Assembly: GCF_036365525.1 (NCBI RefSeq)
Contig: NC_090385.1
Span: 63,434,170-63,498,169, forward strand
Length of the DNA: 64,000 nucleotides
Direction: 5' to 3'
Origin: Heterodontus francisci
Lineage: Eukaryota
In this document: piece by piece, positions 11,050-24,120 of the stretch
How positions within the stretch are numbered: position 1 is the stretch's first letter
Layout: each line of letters opens with the position of its first letter
The notes under the pieces: model-generated
What the model saw: only the letters and a program-made list of their open reading frames with translations
The model's database searches: none
What the model was told of the DNA's origin: nothing
Translations under genes and position numbers: made by a program

Positions 11050-14000
11050 TATAGAATGGTAGGAGACCATTTGGCCCACCGTGTCCATGCTGGCTCTCTG
11101 CAAGAGCAGCTCACCTAGTTCCACTCCTCCCACATTTTTTCCGTAGTCCTGCAGATTTTTTCTCTCCACATAGTTATCCAATTCCCTTATGAAAGCCACC
11201 ATCACACTCTCAGACAGTGCACTGCAGATCCTAACTGCTCCCTACATAAAGTTCTTCCTCCTGTTGCAGTTGCTTCTTTTGCCTATCAGCTTAAATCGGT
11301 GTCCTCTGGTTCTTGATCCTTCTGCCAATGGGAACAGTTTCTCCCTATCTAACCTGTCCAGACCCTCATGATTTTTGAACACCATTATCAAATCTCCTCT
11401 TTTCCAAGGAAACAGCCTCAACTTCTCCAATCTATCCACGTAAATGAAGTTCCTCATCCCTGGATCCATTCTCATGAATATTTTCGGCACCCTCCCCATT
11501 GCCTTCCTAAGGTGTGGTGCCCAGAACTGGACGCAGCACTCCAACTGAGGCTCAACAAGAGTTTTATTATAACTTCCTTGCTTTTGTGCTCAGTGCCTCG
11601 ATTAATAAGGCCCAGGACCCCGTATGCTTTATTAATCGCTTTGGTAACCTGCCCTGCCACCTTCAGTGATTTGTGCACATATATCCGTAGGCCCCTCTGC
11701 TTCTGCACCACCTTTAGAATTCTACCCTTTATTTTATATTGCCTTTCCACATTCTTCCTACCAAAATGGATCACTTCACACTTTTCTGCATGAAATTTCA
11801 TCTGCCATTTGTCCGCCCATTCCACTAGCCTGTCCATGTCCTCTTGAAGTCCATCATTATCTTCCTCACAGTTCCCAATACTTCCAAGTTTTGTGCCATA
11901 TACTAATTATGAAAATGTGCCCTGTACATCCAAGTCTAGGTCACTAATATATATCAAGAAAAGCAGAGATCCTAACACTGACCACTGGGAAACCCCACTA
12001 TATACACTTTCCTCCAGTCCGGGAAACAACCGTACATCACTATTATCTGTTTCCTGTCACTCAGCCAATTTCGTATGCATGCTGCTAGTCTCTTTTATTC
12101 CATGGACTCTAACTTTGCTGACAAGCCTGTTCTATGGCACTTTATCAAATGCCTTTTGGAAGTCCATGTACACCACATCAAGCAACAGGAAAGTGGAGTT
12201 GAGACCACAGTCAGATGATCATAATCTTATCAAATGGCGGAACAGGCTTGAGGGGCCGTATGGCCTATTCCTGCTCCTAATTTGTATGTTCATATCAACC
12301 CTCTCTGTTACCTCATCAAAAAAACTCAAGCAAGTTAGTTAAGCACAATTAGCTCTTAACAAATCTGTGTTGGTTTTCCTTAACTAATCCACATTTGTCC
12401 AAGCGACTGTTAATTTTGTCACGAATTATCATTTCCAAAAGCTTTCCCACCACCGAAGTTAATCTGACTGGTGTGTAGTTACTGGGCTTATCCTTAAACC
12501 CTTTTTGAACAAGGGTGTAATATTTGCAATTCTCAGTCCTCTGGGCATCTTCCCTGTATCTAAAGAGGATTGGACGATTATGACCAGTGTCTCTGCAATT
12601 GCTACCTTTACTTCCCTCAGCATCCTTGGATGCATCTCATCCAGTCCTGGTGACTTATCAACTTTAGCCAGTCTATCTAGTACCTCCTCTTTATCAATTT
12701 TTAGCCCATCCAGTGTCTCGACTACCTCCTCTTTCACTGTGACTTCGGCAGCATCTTCTTCCTTGGTAAAGACAAATGCAAAGTACTCATTTAGTACATC
12801 AGCCATGTCTCCTGCCTCCATGCTTAAATCCCCTTTTAGGTCCCTAATCAGCCCCATTCCTCCTTTTACCACCCTTTCACTATTTATATACTTATAGAAG
12901 ATTTTTGGATTCCCTTTTATGTTAGCTGCCAGTCTCCCCTCATACTGTTTTCTCATTTCTTTTTTCGCTTCCCCTCTGAACCTTCTATATTCAGCCTGGT
13001 TCTCAATTGTATTATCCACCTGACATCTGTCATATGCACCCTTTTTTGTCTCATCTTACTCTCTATCTCTTTCGTCATCTAGGGACTTCTGCATTTGTTT
13101 GCTGTACCTTTCTCCCTCCTGGAAATGTACCTTGACTGTACCTGAACACTCTCTTTAACACAGTTCAGTTACAGTTTTGCCTGCCAGTCTTTAATTCCAG
13201 TTTACCTGGGCCAGATCTGTTCTCAACCCATTGAAGTTGGCATTACCCAATTAATTATCTTTACTCTGGATTGCTTCTTGTCCTTTTCCATAGCAAACCT
13301 AAATCTTATGATACTTTGATCACTGTCCTCTAAATGTTCCTCTACTGACACTTGATCCTCTTGACCTAACTCATTACCCAGAACCAGATCCAGCAATGCC
13401 TCATTCCTCTTTGGACTGGAAACATACTGATGTAGAAAATTCTCCTGAACACACTCTAGAAACTCTTGCCTCTCTCTGCTCTTTATGCTATTACTATTCC
13501 AGTCTAATTAAGATAATTAAAGTCCCCCATTATAACTACTCTACAATTCTTGTATCTCTCTGTAATTTCCTTGTAAATTTGTCGTCTCTATCTTTCCTAC
13601 AAGTTGGTGATTTATAGAATAGCCCCAGCAATGTAATGGTACCTCTGTTGTTTCATAGCTCTAACCAAATAAGTTCATTTCTTGACCCCTCAAGGGAATG
13701 CTCTCTCTCCAGCTCTGTATTGTTCTCCTTAACCAATATTGCTACCTCTCCTTCTTACTTTTTTATTTTTCCTGAACACTTTGTATCCGGAATATTTGAA
13801 TATCCGGCCCTTTTTTGAGTCAAGTCTCCATTATCGCCATAACATGACATTTCCACTTGGCTATCTGTGCCTGCAGCTCACAAACCTTATTTCCCACAAT
13901 CCATGCCTTCACATACATACACAGTAACTTAATTTAGACATTACATTCCCTGTTACTCTGACCCCACCGAATATTTTACTATTTCCTACTCTAGTGCTAT

Positions 14001-14660
14001 CTGTCTCACCCAATTCTCTGTGCACATTGGTGTTTCTCTCTAATATTACCTGCTGGCTCCCACACCCCTGCCAAGTTAATTTAAAACCTCCTCAGTAGCA
14101 CTAAAAAATTGCCCTGCAAGGACCTTGGTCCTGGCTCTGCCGTGACTCTGTTCAGGTGGAACTCGTCTGGCCTGTACAGAGCCCATCTCCCCCAGACCTG
14201 GTACCAATGTCCCAGGAATCTAAAGCCCTCCCTCCTGGATCATCTCTCCAGCCACACGTTTATCTGCTCTATCCTTCTATTTCTGTACTCATTTGCATGT
14301 GGTACTAGAAATAAAGTGGAGATTTCTCTGAGGTCCTGTTTGCTAGATACATTTTTAGCTCCCTATACTCTGCCTGCAGGACCTCATCCCTCTTTCAGTC
14401 TATGTCGTTGGTACCAATTTGGAGCACGACCACTGGCTGTTCACCCTTCCCCTTAAGACCACTCTGCAGCTGATCAGTGACATGCTTGATCCTGGCAACA
14501 GGGAGGCAACATACCATCCTGAATTCATGTCTGTGACTGCAGAAACACCCGTCTGTTTCCCTATCTATTGAATCCCCTATCGCTATTGCTCTTCCAATCT
14601 TCCTCATGCCTTCCTGTACAGCTGAGCCTGCCATGGACTAGGCTCTGGTTGCACACTCCA
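11050..14660 (-). mobile_element. Degraded near full-length CR1 (host of nested LINEs; ORF1 resumes at about 20290-20400)
   Basis: ORF2 pieces (DKSPGLDEMHPRML, EWADKWQMKF) and ORF1 esterase pieces (AIGDSI, IGTNDI); 20290-20400 minus strand reads EQQVAAPRRICEIESFMDSTFIDVVNPQL, homologous to CR1 ORF1. Confidence 0.88.
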
Positions 14661-15730
14661 GAGGAAGGTGTCGTCAATAGTGCAATCAAGCGGCATTTAC
14701 ACAGCAATAACCTGTTCATCAATGCTCAGTGAGGATTCTGCCAAGGCCACTTGGCTCCTGACCACATTGCATTTTTGGTCCAAACATGGACAAAAGAGCT
14801 GAATTCAGGAGGTGAGGTGAAAGTGACTGCCCTTGACATCAAGGCAGAATTTGACCGAGTGTGGCATCAAGGAGCCCTATCAAAATTGAAGTCAATGGGA
14901 ATCTGAGGGAAAACTCTTCACTGGTTGGAGTCATGCATCATACAAAGGAAGGTGGTTGTGGTTGTTGGAGGCCAATCATCTCAGCCCCAAGACATCGCTG
15001 CAGGAGTTCCTCAGGGTAGTGTCCTAGGCCCAGCCATCTTCAGCTGCTTCATCAATGACCTTCCCTCCATCATAAGGTCAAAAGGGGGGATGTTTGCTGA
15101 TGATTGCACAGTATTCAGTACCATTTGTGACTCCTCAGATACTGAAGCAGTTTGTGTCCACATGCAGCAAGACCTGGACAACACTCAGGCTTGGGCTGAT
15201 AAGTGGCAAGTAACATTTGCGCCACACAAGCGTCAGGCAATGACCATCTCTAACAAGAGAGAATCTAATCACTTCCCTTGACGTTTAATGGCAGTCCCCC
15301 ACTACCAACATCCTAGGGGTTACCGTTGACCAGAAACTGAACTGGACCAACCATATAAATACTGTGGCTACAAGAGCAGGTTAGAGACTGGGAATTCTGC
15401 AGCAAGTAACTCATCTCCTGACTCCCTGTTCGCCATCTACAAGTAACAAGTCAGGAGTATGATGGAATACTCTCCACTTGGCTGGATGGGTGCAGCTCCA
15501 ACAACACTCAAAAAGCTTGACACCATCCAGGACAAAGCAACCCGCTTGATTGGCTTCCCATCCACCACCTTAAACATTCACTCCCTCTGCCACCAATGCA
15601 CAGGGGCAGCAGCATGTACCATCTAGAAGATGCACTGCAGCAATTCGCCAAGCCACAAAGAACAAAGAAAATTACAGCACAGGAACAGGCCCTTCGGCCC
15701 TCCAAGCCTACGCCGATCCAAATCCTCTAT

Positions 15731-18685
15731 CTAAACCTGTCGCCTATTTTCTAAGGGTCTGTATCTCTTTACTTCCTGCCCATTCATGTATCTGTCTAGA
15801 TACATCTTAAAAGATGCTATCGTGCCCGCGTCTACCACCTCCGCTGGCAATGCGTTCCATGCACCCACCACCCTCTGCGTAAAGAAATTTCCACGCATAT
15901 CCCCCCTAAACTTTTCCCCTTTCACTTTGAACTCGTGTCCCCTTGTAATTGAATCCCCCACTCTGGGAAAAAGCTTCTTGCTATCCACTCTGTCTATACC
16001 TCTCATGATTGTGTACACCTCAATCAGGTCCCCCCTTAACCTCCGTCTTTCTAATGAAAATAATCCTAATCTACTCAACCTCTCTTCATAGCTAGCGCCC
16101 TCCATACCAGGCAACATCCTGGTGAATCTCCTCTGCACCCTCTCCAAAGCATCCACATCCTTTTGGTAATGTGGCGACCAGAACTGCACGCAGTATTCCA
16201 AATGTGGCCGAACCAAAGTCCTATACAACTGTAACATGACCTGCCAACTCTTGTACTCAATACCCCGTCCGATGAAGGAAAGCATGCCGTATGCCTTCTT
16301 GACCACTCTATTGACCTGCGTTTCCACCTTCAGGGAACAATGGACCTGAACACCCAAATCTCTCTGTACATCAATTTTCCCCAGGACTTTTCCATTTACT
16401 GTATAGTTCACTCTTGAATTGGATCATCCAAAATGCATCACCTCGCATTTGCCCTGATTGAACTCCATCTGCCATTTCTCTGCCCAACTCTCCAGTCTAT
16501 CTATATTCTGCTGTATTCTCTGACAGTCCCCTTCAGTATCTGCTACTCCACCAATCTTAGTGTCGTCTGCAAACTTGCTAATCAGACCACCTATACTTTC
16601 CTCCAAATCATTTATGTATATCACAAACAACAGTGGTCCCAGCACGGATCCCTGTGGAACACCACTGGTCACACCTCTCCATTTTGAGAAACTCCCTTCC
16701 ACTGCTACTCTCTGTCTCCTGTTGCCCAGCCAGTTCTTTATCCATCTAGCTAGTACACCTTGGACCCCATGCGCCTTCACTTTCTCCATCAGCCTACCAT
16801 GGGGAACCTTATCAAACGCCTTACTGAAGTCCATGTATATGACATCTACAGCCCTTCCCTCATCAATCAACTTTGTCACTTCCTCAAAGAATTCTATTAA
16901 GTTGGTAAGACATGACCTTCCCTGCACAAAACCATGTTGCCTATCACTGATAAGCCCATTTTCTTCCAGATGGGAATAGATCCTATCCCTCAGTATCTTC
17001 TCCAGCAGCTTCCCTACCACTGACGTCAGGCTCACCAGTCTATAATTACCTGGATTATCCCTGCTACCCTTCTTAAACAAGGGGACAACATTAGCAATTT
17101 TCCAGTCCTCCGGGACCTCACCCGTGTTTAAGGATGTTGCAAAGATATCTGTTAAGGCCCCAACTAATTCCTCTCTCGCTTCCCACAGTAACCTGGGATA
17201 GATTCCATCCGGACCTGGGGACTTGTCCACCTTAATGCCTTTTAGAATACCCAACACTTCCTCCCTCCTTATGCCGACTTGACCTAGAGTAATCAAACAT
17301 CTGTCCCTAACCTCAACATCCGTCATGTCCCTCTCCTCGGTGAATACCGATGCAAAGTACTCATTTAGAATCTCACCCATTTTCTCTGACTCCACGCATA
17401 ACTTTCCTCCTTTGTCCTTGAGTGGGCCAATCCTTTCTCTCGTTACCCTCTTGCTCCTTATATATGAATAAAAGGCTTTGGGAGTTTCCTTAACCCTTTT
17501 TGCTAAAGATATTTCATGACCCCTTTTAGCCCTCTTAATTCCTCGTTTCAGATTGTGCCTACAATCCCGATATTCTTTCAAAGCTTCGTCTTTCTTCAGC
17601 CGCCTAGACCTTATGTATGCTTCCTTTTTCCTCTTAGCTAGTCTCACAATTTCACCTGTCATCCATGGTTCCCTAATCTTGCCATTTCTATCCCTCATTT
17701 TCACAGGAACATGTCTCTCCTGCACGCTAATCAACCTCTCTTTAAAAGACTCCCACATATCAAATGTGGATTTACCTTCAAACAGCTGCTCCCAATCTAC
17801 ATTTCCCAGCTCCTGCCGAATTTTGGTATAGTTGGCCTTCCCCCAATTTAGCACTCTTCCTTTAGGACCACTCTCGTCTTTGTCCATGAGTATTCTAAAA
17901 CTTACGGAATTGTGATCGCTATTCCCAAAGTAGTCCCCTACTGAAACTTCAACCACCTGGCCGGGCTCATTCCCCAACACCAGGTCCAGTATGGCCCCTT
18001 CCCAAGTTGGACTATTTACATACTGCTCTAGAAAACCCTCCTGGATGCTCCTTACAAATTCTGCTCCATCTAGACCTCTAACATTAAGTGAATCCCAGTC
18101 AATGTTGGGAAAATTAAAATCTCCTATCACCACCACCCTGTTGCTCCTACAGCTTTCCATAATTTGTTTACATATTTGTACCTCTATCTCACGCTCGCTG
18201 TTGGGAGGCCTGTAGTACAGCCCCAACATTGTTACCGCACCCTTCCTATTTCTGAGTTCTGCCCATATTGCCTCACAGCTCGAGTCCTCCATAGTGCCTT
18301 CCTTCAGCACAGCTGTGATATCCTGTTTGACCAGTAATGCAACTCCTCCACCCCTTTTACCTCCCTCTCTATCCCGCCTGAAGCATCGGTATCCTGGGAT
18401 ATTTAGTTGCCAATCATGCCCTTCCCTTAACCAAGTCTCAGTCATAGCAATAACATCATACTCCCAGGTACTAATCCAAGCCCTAAGTTCATCTGCCTTA
18501 CCTACTACACTTCTTGCATTAAAACAAATACACCTCAGACCACCAGTCCCTTTGCTTTCATCATCTGCTCCCTGCCTACTCTTTCCCTTAGTCACGCTGA
18601 CTTCATTATCTAGTTCCTTACAGGCTTTAGTTACTACATCCTTACTCTCCACTGACCTCATTTGGTTCCCATCCCCCTGCCACAT
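15731..18685 (-). pseudogene. CR1 ORF2p (APE endonuclease plus reverse transcriptase), 984 codons with one in-frame TGA at 16424-16426
   Basis: CFNARS, TETW, YYRPP, GDFN, SDH; QHGF, GVPQGSVLGP, FADD; ORFs 16424..18685 and 15731..16411 are the same frame. Confidence 0.94.
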
Positions 18686-19632
18686 TAGTTTAAACCCTCC
18701 CCAACAGCGTTAGCAAAAGCACCCCCAAGGACATTGGTTCCAGTCTGGCCCAGGTGTAGACCGTCCAATTTGTAATAGTCCCACCTCCCCCAGAACCGGT
18801 CCCAATGTCCCAAAAATCTGAACCCCTCCCTCTTGCACCATCTCTCAAGCCACGCATTCATCCTGACTATTCTTTCATTTCTACTCTGACTATCATGTGG
18901 CACTGGTAGCAATCCAGAGATTACTACCTCTGAGGTCCTACTTTTTAACTTGGCTCCTAACTCCCTAAATTCTGCTTGTAGGACCTCACCCCGTTTTTTA
19001 CCTATATCATTGGTGCCTATGTGCACAACGACAACTGGCTGTTCACCCTCCCCCTTCAGAATGTTCTGCAGCCGATCTGAGACATCCCTGACCCGTGCAC
19101 CTGGGAGGCAACATACCATTCGGGAGTCTCGTTTTCGACCACAGAACCGCCTATCTACTCCCCTTACAATCGAATCCCCTATGACTATAGCCCTTCCACT
19201 CTTTTTCCCGCCCTTCCGAACAGCAGAGCCAGCCACGGTGCCATGAACCTGGCTACTGCTGCCTTCCCCTGGTGAGCCATCTCCCTCAACAGTATCCAAA
19301 ACGGTATACCTGTTGTGGAGGGAGATGACCGCAGGGGACACCTGCGCTGCCTTCCTGCTCTTTCTCTGCCTTTTGGTCACCCATTCCCTTTCTCCCTCAG
19401 CAATCCTAATCTGCGGTGTGACCAATTCGCTAAACGTGCTATCCACGACCTCCTCAGCATCGCGGATGCTCCAAAGTGAGTCCATCCGCAGCTCCAGAGC
19501 CGTCATGCGGTCTAACAAGAGCTGCAGCTGGACACACTTCCAGCACGTGAAGGAGTCAGGGACATCAGCCATGTCCCTGAGCTCCCACATTGAGCAAGAG
19601 GAGCATGTCACGGGTCTGAGATCTCCTGCCAT
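18685..19632 (-). CDS. CR1 ORF1p: CxxC/CxxC zinc finger, leucine zipper, SGNH/GDSL esterase (315 aa, intact)
   Basis: CSSC..CWKC; IVIGDSIVR; HIGTNDI; DGLHL. Confidence 0.92.
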   Translation of the reverse strand: MAGDLRPVTCSSCSMWELRDMADVPDSFTCWKCVQLQLLLDRMTALELRMDSLWSIRDAEEVVDSTFSELVTPQIRIAEGEREWVTKRQRKSRKAAQVSPAVISLHNRYTVLDTVEGDGSPGEGSSSQVHGTVAGSAVRKGGKKSGRAIVIGDSIVRGVDRRFCGRKRDSRMVCCLPGARVRDVSDRLQNILKGEGEQPVVVVHIGTNDIGKKRGEVLQAEFRELGAKLKSRTSEVVISGLLPVPHDSQSRNERIVRMNAWLERWCKREGFRFLGHWDRFWGRWDYYKLDGLHLGQTGTNVLGGAFANAVGEGLN

Positions 19633-21369
19633 TTTTAATCTTAAGCTTAAACTTAGTTAAATGAAAAAGGAACGAAAAGTTTTTTACCAATCACACGATA
19701 AAAAAAAGAGAAATAGAAAAAGCCTTACCTTATCTACACACCGCCGAGTTCTTTTTTTTTGGTTAGAGGAGGAGGGCGGGTGGGAGACACTACAGGTGTA
19801 GTGTCTCGGGTTCAGAAACGGCCCAAATATATAGGGTTTTACTTACCCAGCAGCCCCCTGGTCTCCGCCGAAAACAAAAGGAAATTAAGTTTACTTTAAA
19901 CTGACCTTCCCAGCTGCTCACTCGCTCGCACTCTTTGCTCCCGAAAAAGCTGCTGTAGTGAAAGCCTCCTTCAACAGCACCTTCCAAACCCACAACCTCT
20001 ACCACCTATAGGGACAAGGCCAGCAGACGCATGGGAACGCCACCACCTGCAAGCTTCCCTCCAAGCCACACACCATCTTTACTTGGACCTATATTGCCAT
20101 TCTTTCAGTATTACTGAGTCAAAATACTGGAACTCCCTCCCTAGCAGCACTGTGGGTGTACCTGCACCAGATGGACTTCAGCGGTTCAAGAAGGCTCACC
20201 AGCACCTTTGCAAGGGCAGTTAGGGATGGGCAACAACTACTGGCCTTGCCAGTGACACCGACATCCCATGAAAGAATATAAAAAAAATTACTTCTTTGAC
20301 CTCACACCCTTAAGTTGCGGGTTGACCACGTCTATAAATGTGCTATCCATGAAGCTCTCGATCTCGCAGATGCGCCGCGGTGCTGCCACCTGCTGCTCAA
20401 ATTCCACTTTGGGTTTTGATTAGTGTTGCGTTCTAATTCTAATTAATTCTAATTCCTCCCCCCATTGCATTATTCTTTGGTGATTATTTTTGTTCACAAT
20501 TGTGAGCTCCTGGCAATGATGTAATATCACAGCATCCTTTCCTGCTGCTGTATCTGCTTCATTATATTAAAGGGGTGATATTGCCTAGCTGAACAAGCCT
20601 AACATGATTGCAGTCTGTAGTTATTTTCAGTAACACTGGCCTAGAAATTGGTCCATGCAGTGCTCGGTTTTCAGGCGCTACTCTGACTTCTAGGGCCCCA
20701 CTATAGGGGTCAGGAGGCGTGCGTCTAATTCCAGACAGAAGTGTGCAGCCTGCTATACTGAGTAAGGACAAACAAAAGGCATCCTTTACCTACACCCCTC
20801 CCCTTACTGAGGGCACATCTAATAGACATTAGACTCTTTATTTGTATATGCAAAGAGGCCAGTGTCTGCTTTTGAGGGCCCCTCGGTAAGATTGCTTTGT
20901 CCTAAGCTGTAACCATGAAAGCAAGTAACATACATGAATATGGAGCCGGGAGGAGCAGGGGTGCGCCGCCTGACCTCACATTAAAGGAACCAATCGCCAT
21001 TGCTCCTAATCTCCATGTTCCTCGTCTCTGTGAAACCCAGACCCACTTATATTGAACCCCCCCCACTCCCTGGATCTCCGGCCCAGTTATTTCTGGCCCC
21101 CCGCCACCCAAATCCCCTGGACCCACTTATCTTGCACTTATGCTAGCAATGGCTAGATTTTCCACTGTGTACACCTGAGTTTCTTCACTATGTTTGATAT
21201 TTCCAGTTTGCTCCCCTGAGCTTTTGCATTGCATTGCAGTGTTGCCTCTTTTCTTTTTTCTTTTGCTCTGGCCTGATGCAGACATGGAGTGGTCGGTCAA
21301 CAGTTAATATTTTCGCACAGTTTGAACCTCCAATCTATAGCTTCCTTGCTAGAAAGATACAAAGACTAG

Positions 21370-24120
21370 GAATTTCTTATCTGGATGTTGATAGAAAATC
21401 AAAGTCATGTGGGAATATAATGTAGTGGCAATAACGGAAACATGGCTGAAAAGATAGGGAAGGAAAAAAGGGAGGTGGGGTGGATTAGGGGATTAGGGAA
21501 GACATGGTAGTGTTGGAAAGGGTGGCTGTCCTTGAGGGGTCAAAGGCAGAATCCATTTGGTTAGAGTTCAGAAGCAAAAAGGGTATTTTCATGCTACTGG
21601 GGCGATTCTATAGACCTCCAAATAATGAGAGAGAGAGGAGCAAATCTGCAGGGAAATCAGAGATGTGCAAGAACAATAGTGGTGATATTGGGGGACTTTA
21701 ATTACCCAAGTATTGATTCGGATAATATTAGAGTAAACGGTAAGAATGGAGAGGTATTTCTGAAATGTGTTCAGGAGCACTTCCTTGACCAGTATATCCT
21801 TGGTCCAACTAGGAAGGAGGCATTGCTGGATCTGGTGCTGGGGAATGAGGTGAGCCAGATGGACCAAGTGTCTGTGGGGGAAACACTTGGGTAAGAGTGA
21901 TCATTTTATTATAAGGTTTAGATTAGCAATGGAGAAGAGCAAGGAATAATCTAAAATGGTATTTCTAAATTGGAAGAGGGCTAACTTCAATGGGATGGGA
22001 AGAGATCTCGCCAGGATAAAATGGAATCTAATTTTCCCAGGAAAAACTATAACGCAACAATGGATGATCTTTAAGTAGGATATGTTTCCGGTACAGGCTA
22101 GGTACATTCCAACAAGGATGAAAGGTAAGATAACCAAAGCCAGGGCTCCTTGGATGACAAGGGCGATAGAGAATATGATGAAACAAAAAACGAGGGTGTA
22201 TGATGAATGTCAGGTGAATTCTTCAAGTGAGAACAAGGCCAAGGACAATAAGTTGAGAGGGGAAGTGAAAAGGAAAATAAGGCTGGCAAAGAGAATATGA
22301 GAATAGAATGGCAGTTTACATAAAAGGGAACCCAAAAATCTTCCACCGGCATGTTAATAGTAAGTGGGTAGTAAGAGGTGGGGTGGGTCATTTTAAGGAC
22401 AAAGAGGGTGATATATGCTTAGAGGCGCAGGGCAAGGTTAGAATACTTAATTAGTACTTTGTATCAGTGTTCATGAAGGAAGAGGATGCTGACAAAATAT
22501 TGTTAGAAGTGTAGTTGGTAGCTGTAAAGGATCGAATGAAAATTGATGGGAAGGATGTACTGGAAACATTGGCTATGCTGAGAGTGGATAAGTTATCTAG
22601 TCCGGATGGCTTGCATCCCAGGCTCCTAAAGGAAGCGGGAAAGAAAATATTAGAAGGGCTTACTGTAATCTTCCAATATTTCCTAGATATGGGGTAGGTA
22701 CCAGAGGATTGGAGAGTGGCAAATGTGACACTTCTTTCCAGGAAAGGGTGTAAGGATATTACCAGTAACTACAGGCCAGTCAGTTTAACATCTGTGGTGG
22801 GTAAGGTTTTAGAAACAATAATCAGGGAAAAAAATCAAGAGGCACTTGGAGCGGTTTGAGTTAATTAAGGAGAGCCAGCATAGATTTGTAAAAGGCAGAT
22901 CGAGCTTGACTAATTTAATTGAATTTTTTGCTGAAGTAACAGAGAAAGTTGATGAAGGGAAAGCAATGTATGTTGTCTATATGGATTTAAGAAAGGGTTT
23001 GACAAAGTGCCACATACAAGACTGGTTAACAAAATTGAGGCTCATGGAATAGGAGGGTCAGCGTCAGTTTGGATAAAAAATTGGCTTAAAGATAGAAAAC
23101 AGTGAGTCATGGTAAATGGTTGTTTTTCAGACTGGAGGATGGTAGACAGTGGTGATCCCCAAGGGTCAGTGCTAGGACCACTGCTTTTTTGATATATAGA
23201 AATGACTTGGATATTGGAACACAGAGTAAAATTTCAAAATTTGTGGATGATACCAAACTAGGAGATGTGGCATACAGTAAGGATGATACCAATCGACTGC
23301 AATAGGACATAGATAGGCTAGCAGAATGGGAGACAAGTGGCAGATGTAATTTAATAGAGAGGAGTGTGAAGTGATGCATTTTGGCAGAAGGGATAGGGTT
23401 AGGCAAGAAAGACTAAATGACACAGTTCTAAAGAGTATAAGGGGACAGAGGGCTTGGGGTTCATGTGCATAGATCTTTGAAGTTAGCAAGACATATTGAG
23501 AGTCATTAACAAAGCATATGGAATCTTGGGCTTCATAAATAGAAGTGAGTACAAAAGCAGGGAAGTTATTAGTTAGGCCCCAACTAGACTATTGTGTCCT
23601 GTCTGGTTCCCACACTTTAGGAAGAATGTGAGGGTCCTTGAGAGGGTGCAGACAAGCTTTACTAATATGGTTCCAAGGATGAGGGACTTGAGCTACAAGA
23701 TTAGGTTGGAGAAGCTGGGATTGTTCTCACTGGAGCAAAGGAGATTGAGGAGAGATTTAATAGAGGTGCAAGATTATGACAGGTTTAGATAAGCTAGACA
23801 AAGAAAAACTGTTCCCATTAGCTGATAGTACAAGAACTAGGAGGCAAAGACTTATGGTTTTGGGCAAAAGATACAGGGGGCTGTGAGGAGGAACTTTTTA
23901 ATGCAGTGAGTGGTAATAATATAGAACTTGCTGCTGATGAGGTTGGTGGAAGTGGAGGTGGTCAGTGATTTCAAAAGGAAATTGAATGGGCACTTGAGGG
24001 AAATAAACTTTGAGTTACAAGGATAGAATAGGGGAAGGGAACTGTTTGGATTCCTTTGCAGAGAGCTAGCATGGACTCGATGGCCGAATGGCCTCATGTG
24101 CCATAATGACTTTCTGAATC
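21370..24120 (+). mobile_element. Degraded CR1 ORF2 and 3' tail
   Basis: ILGDFNYPSID, LLDLVLGNE, LTNLIEFF, LRRDLIEV with many frameshifts and stops. Confidence 0.9.

Larger units (their letters stand above)
15655..19961 (-). mobile_element. Full-length young CR1 LINE (about 4.3 kb)
   Basis: 5' UTR, ORF1, ORF2, GGGCCGAAGGGCC hairpin, (TTCTTTG)n tail; AAGCC target duplication at 15650-15654 and 19962-19966. Confidence 0.96.
14670..20287 (+). mobile_element. CR1-group LINE of a second family (RT plus 3' tail), split by a young CR1: parts about 14670..15654 and 19962..20287
   Basis: VTALDIKAEFDRVWHQG, GVPQGSVLGP, MFADD; the two halves join into the sequence seen uninterrupted at 36620-36680. 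Confidence 0.88.

Noticed and set aside
16424-16426. In-frame TGA in CR1 ORF2 as programmed readthrough or selenocysteine
   Set aside because: Homologous copies in the window have Arg or Lys here; CpG decay is the simpler explanation.
18683-18687. TAATG stop-start overlap as the sole ORF2 expression mechanism
   Set aside because: Real in this copy and not excluded, but the ATG is absent in the other three junctions while the slippery heptamer persists.
15786-19660. Plus-strand ORFs over the CR1 (e.g. 16560..16979, 18294..18713) and similar antisense ORFs elsewhere
   Set aside because: Antisense shadows of LINE coding sequence with no independent motifs.
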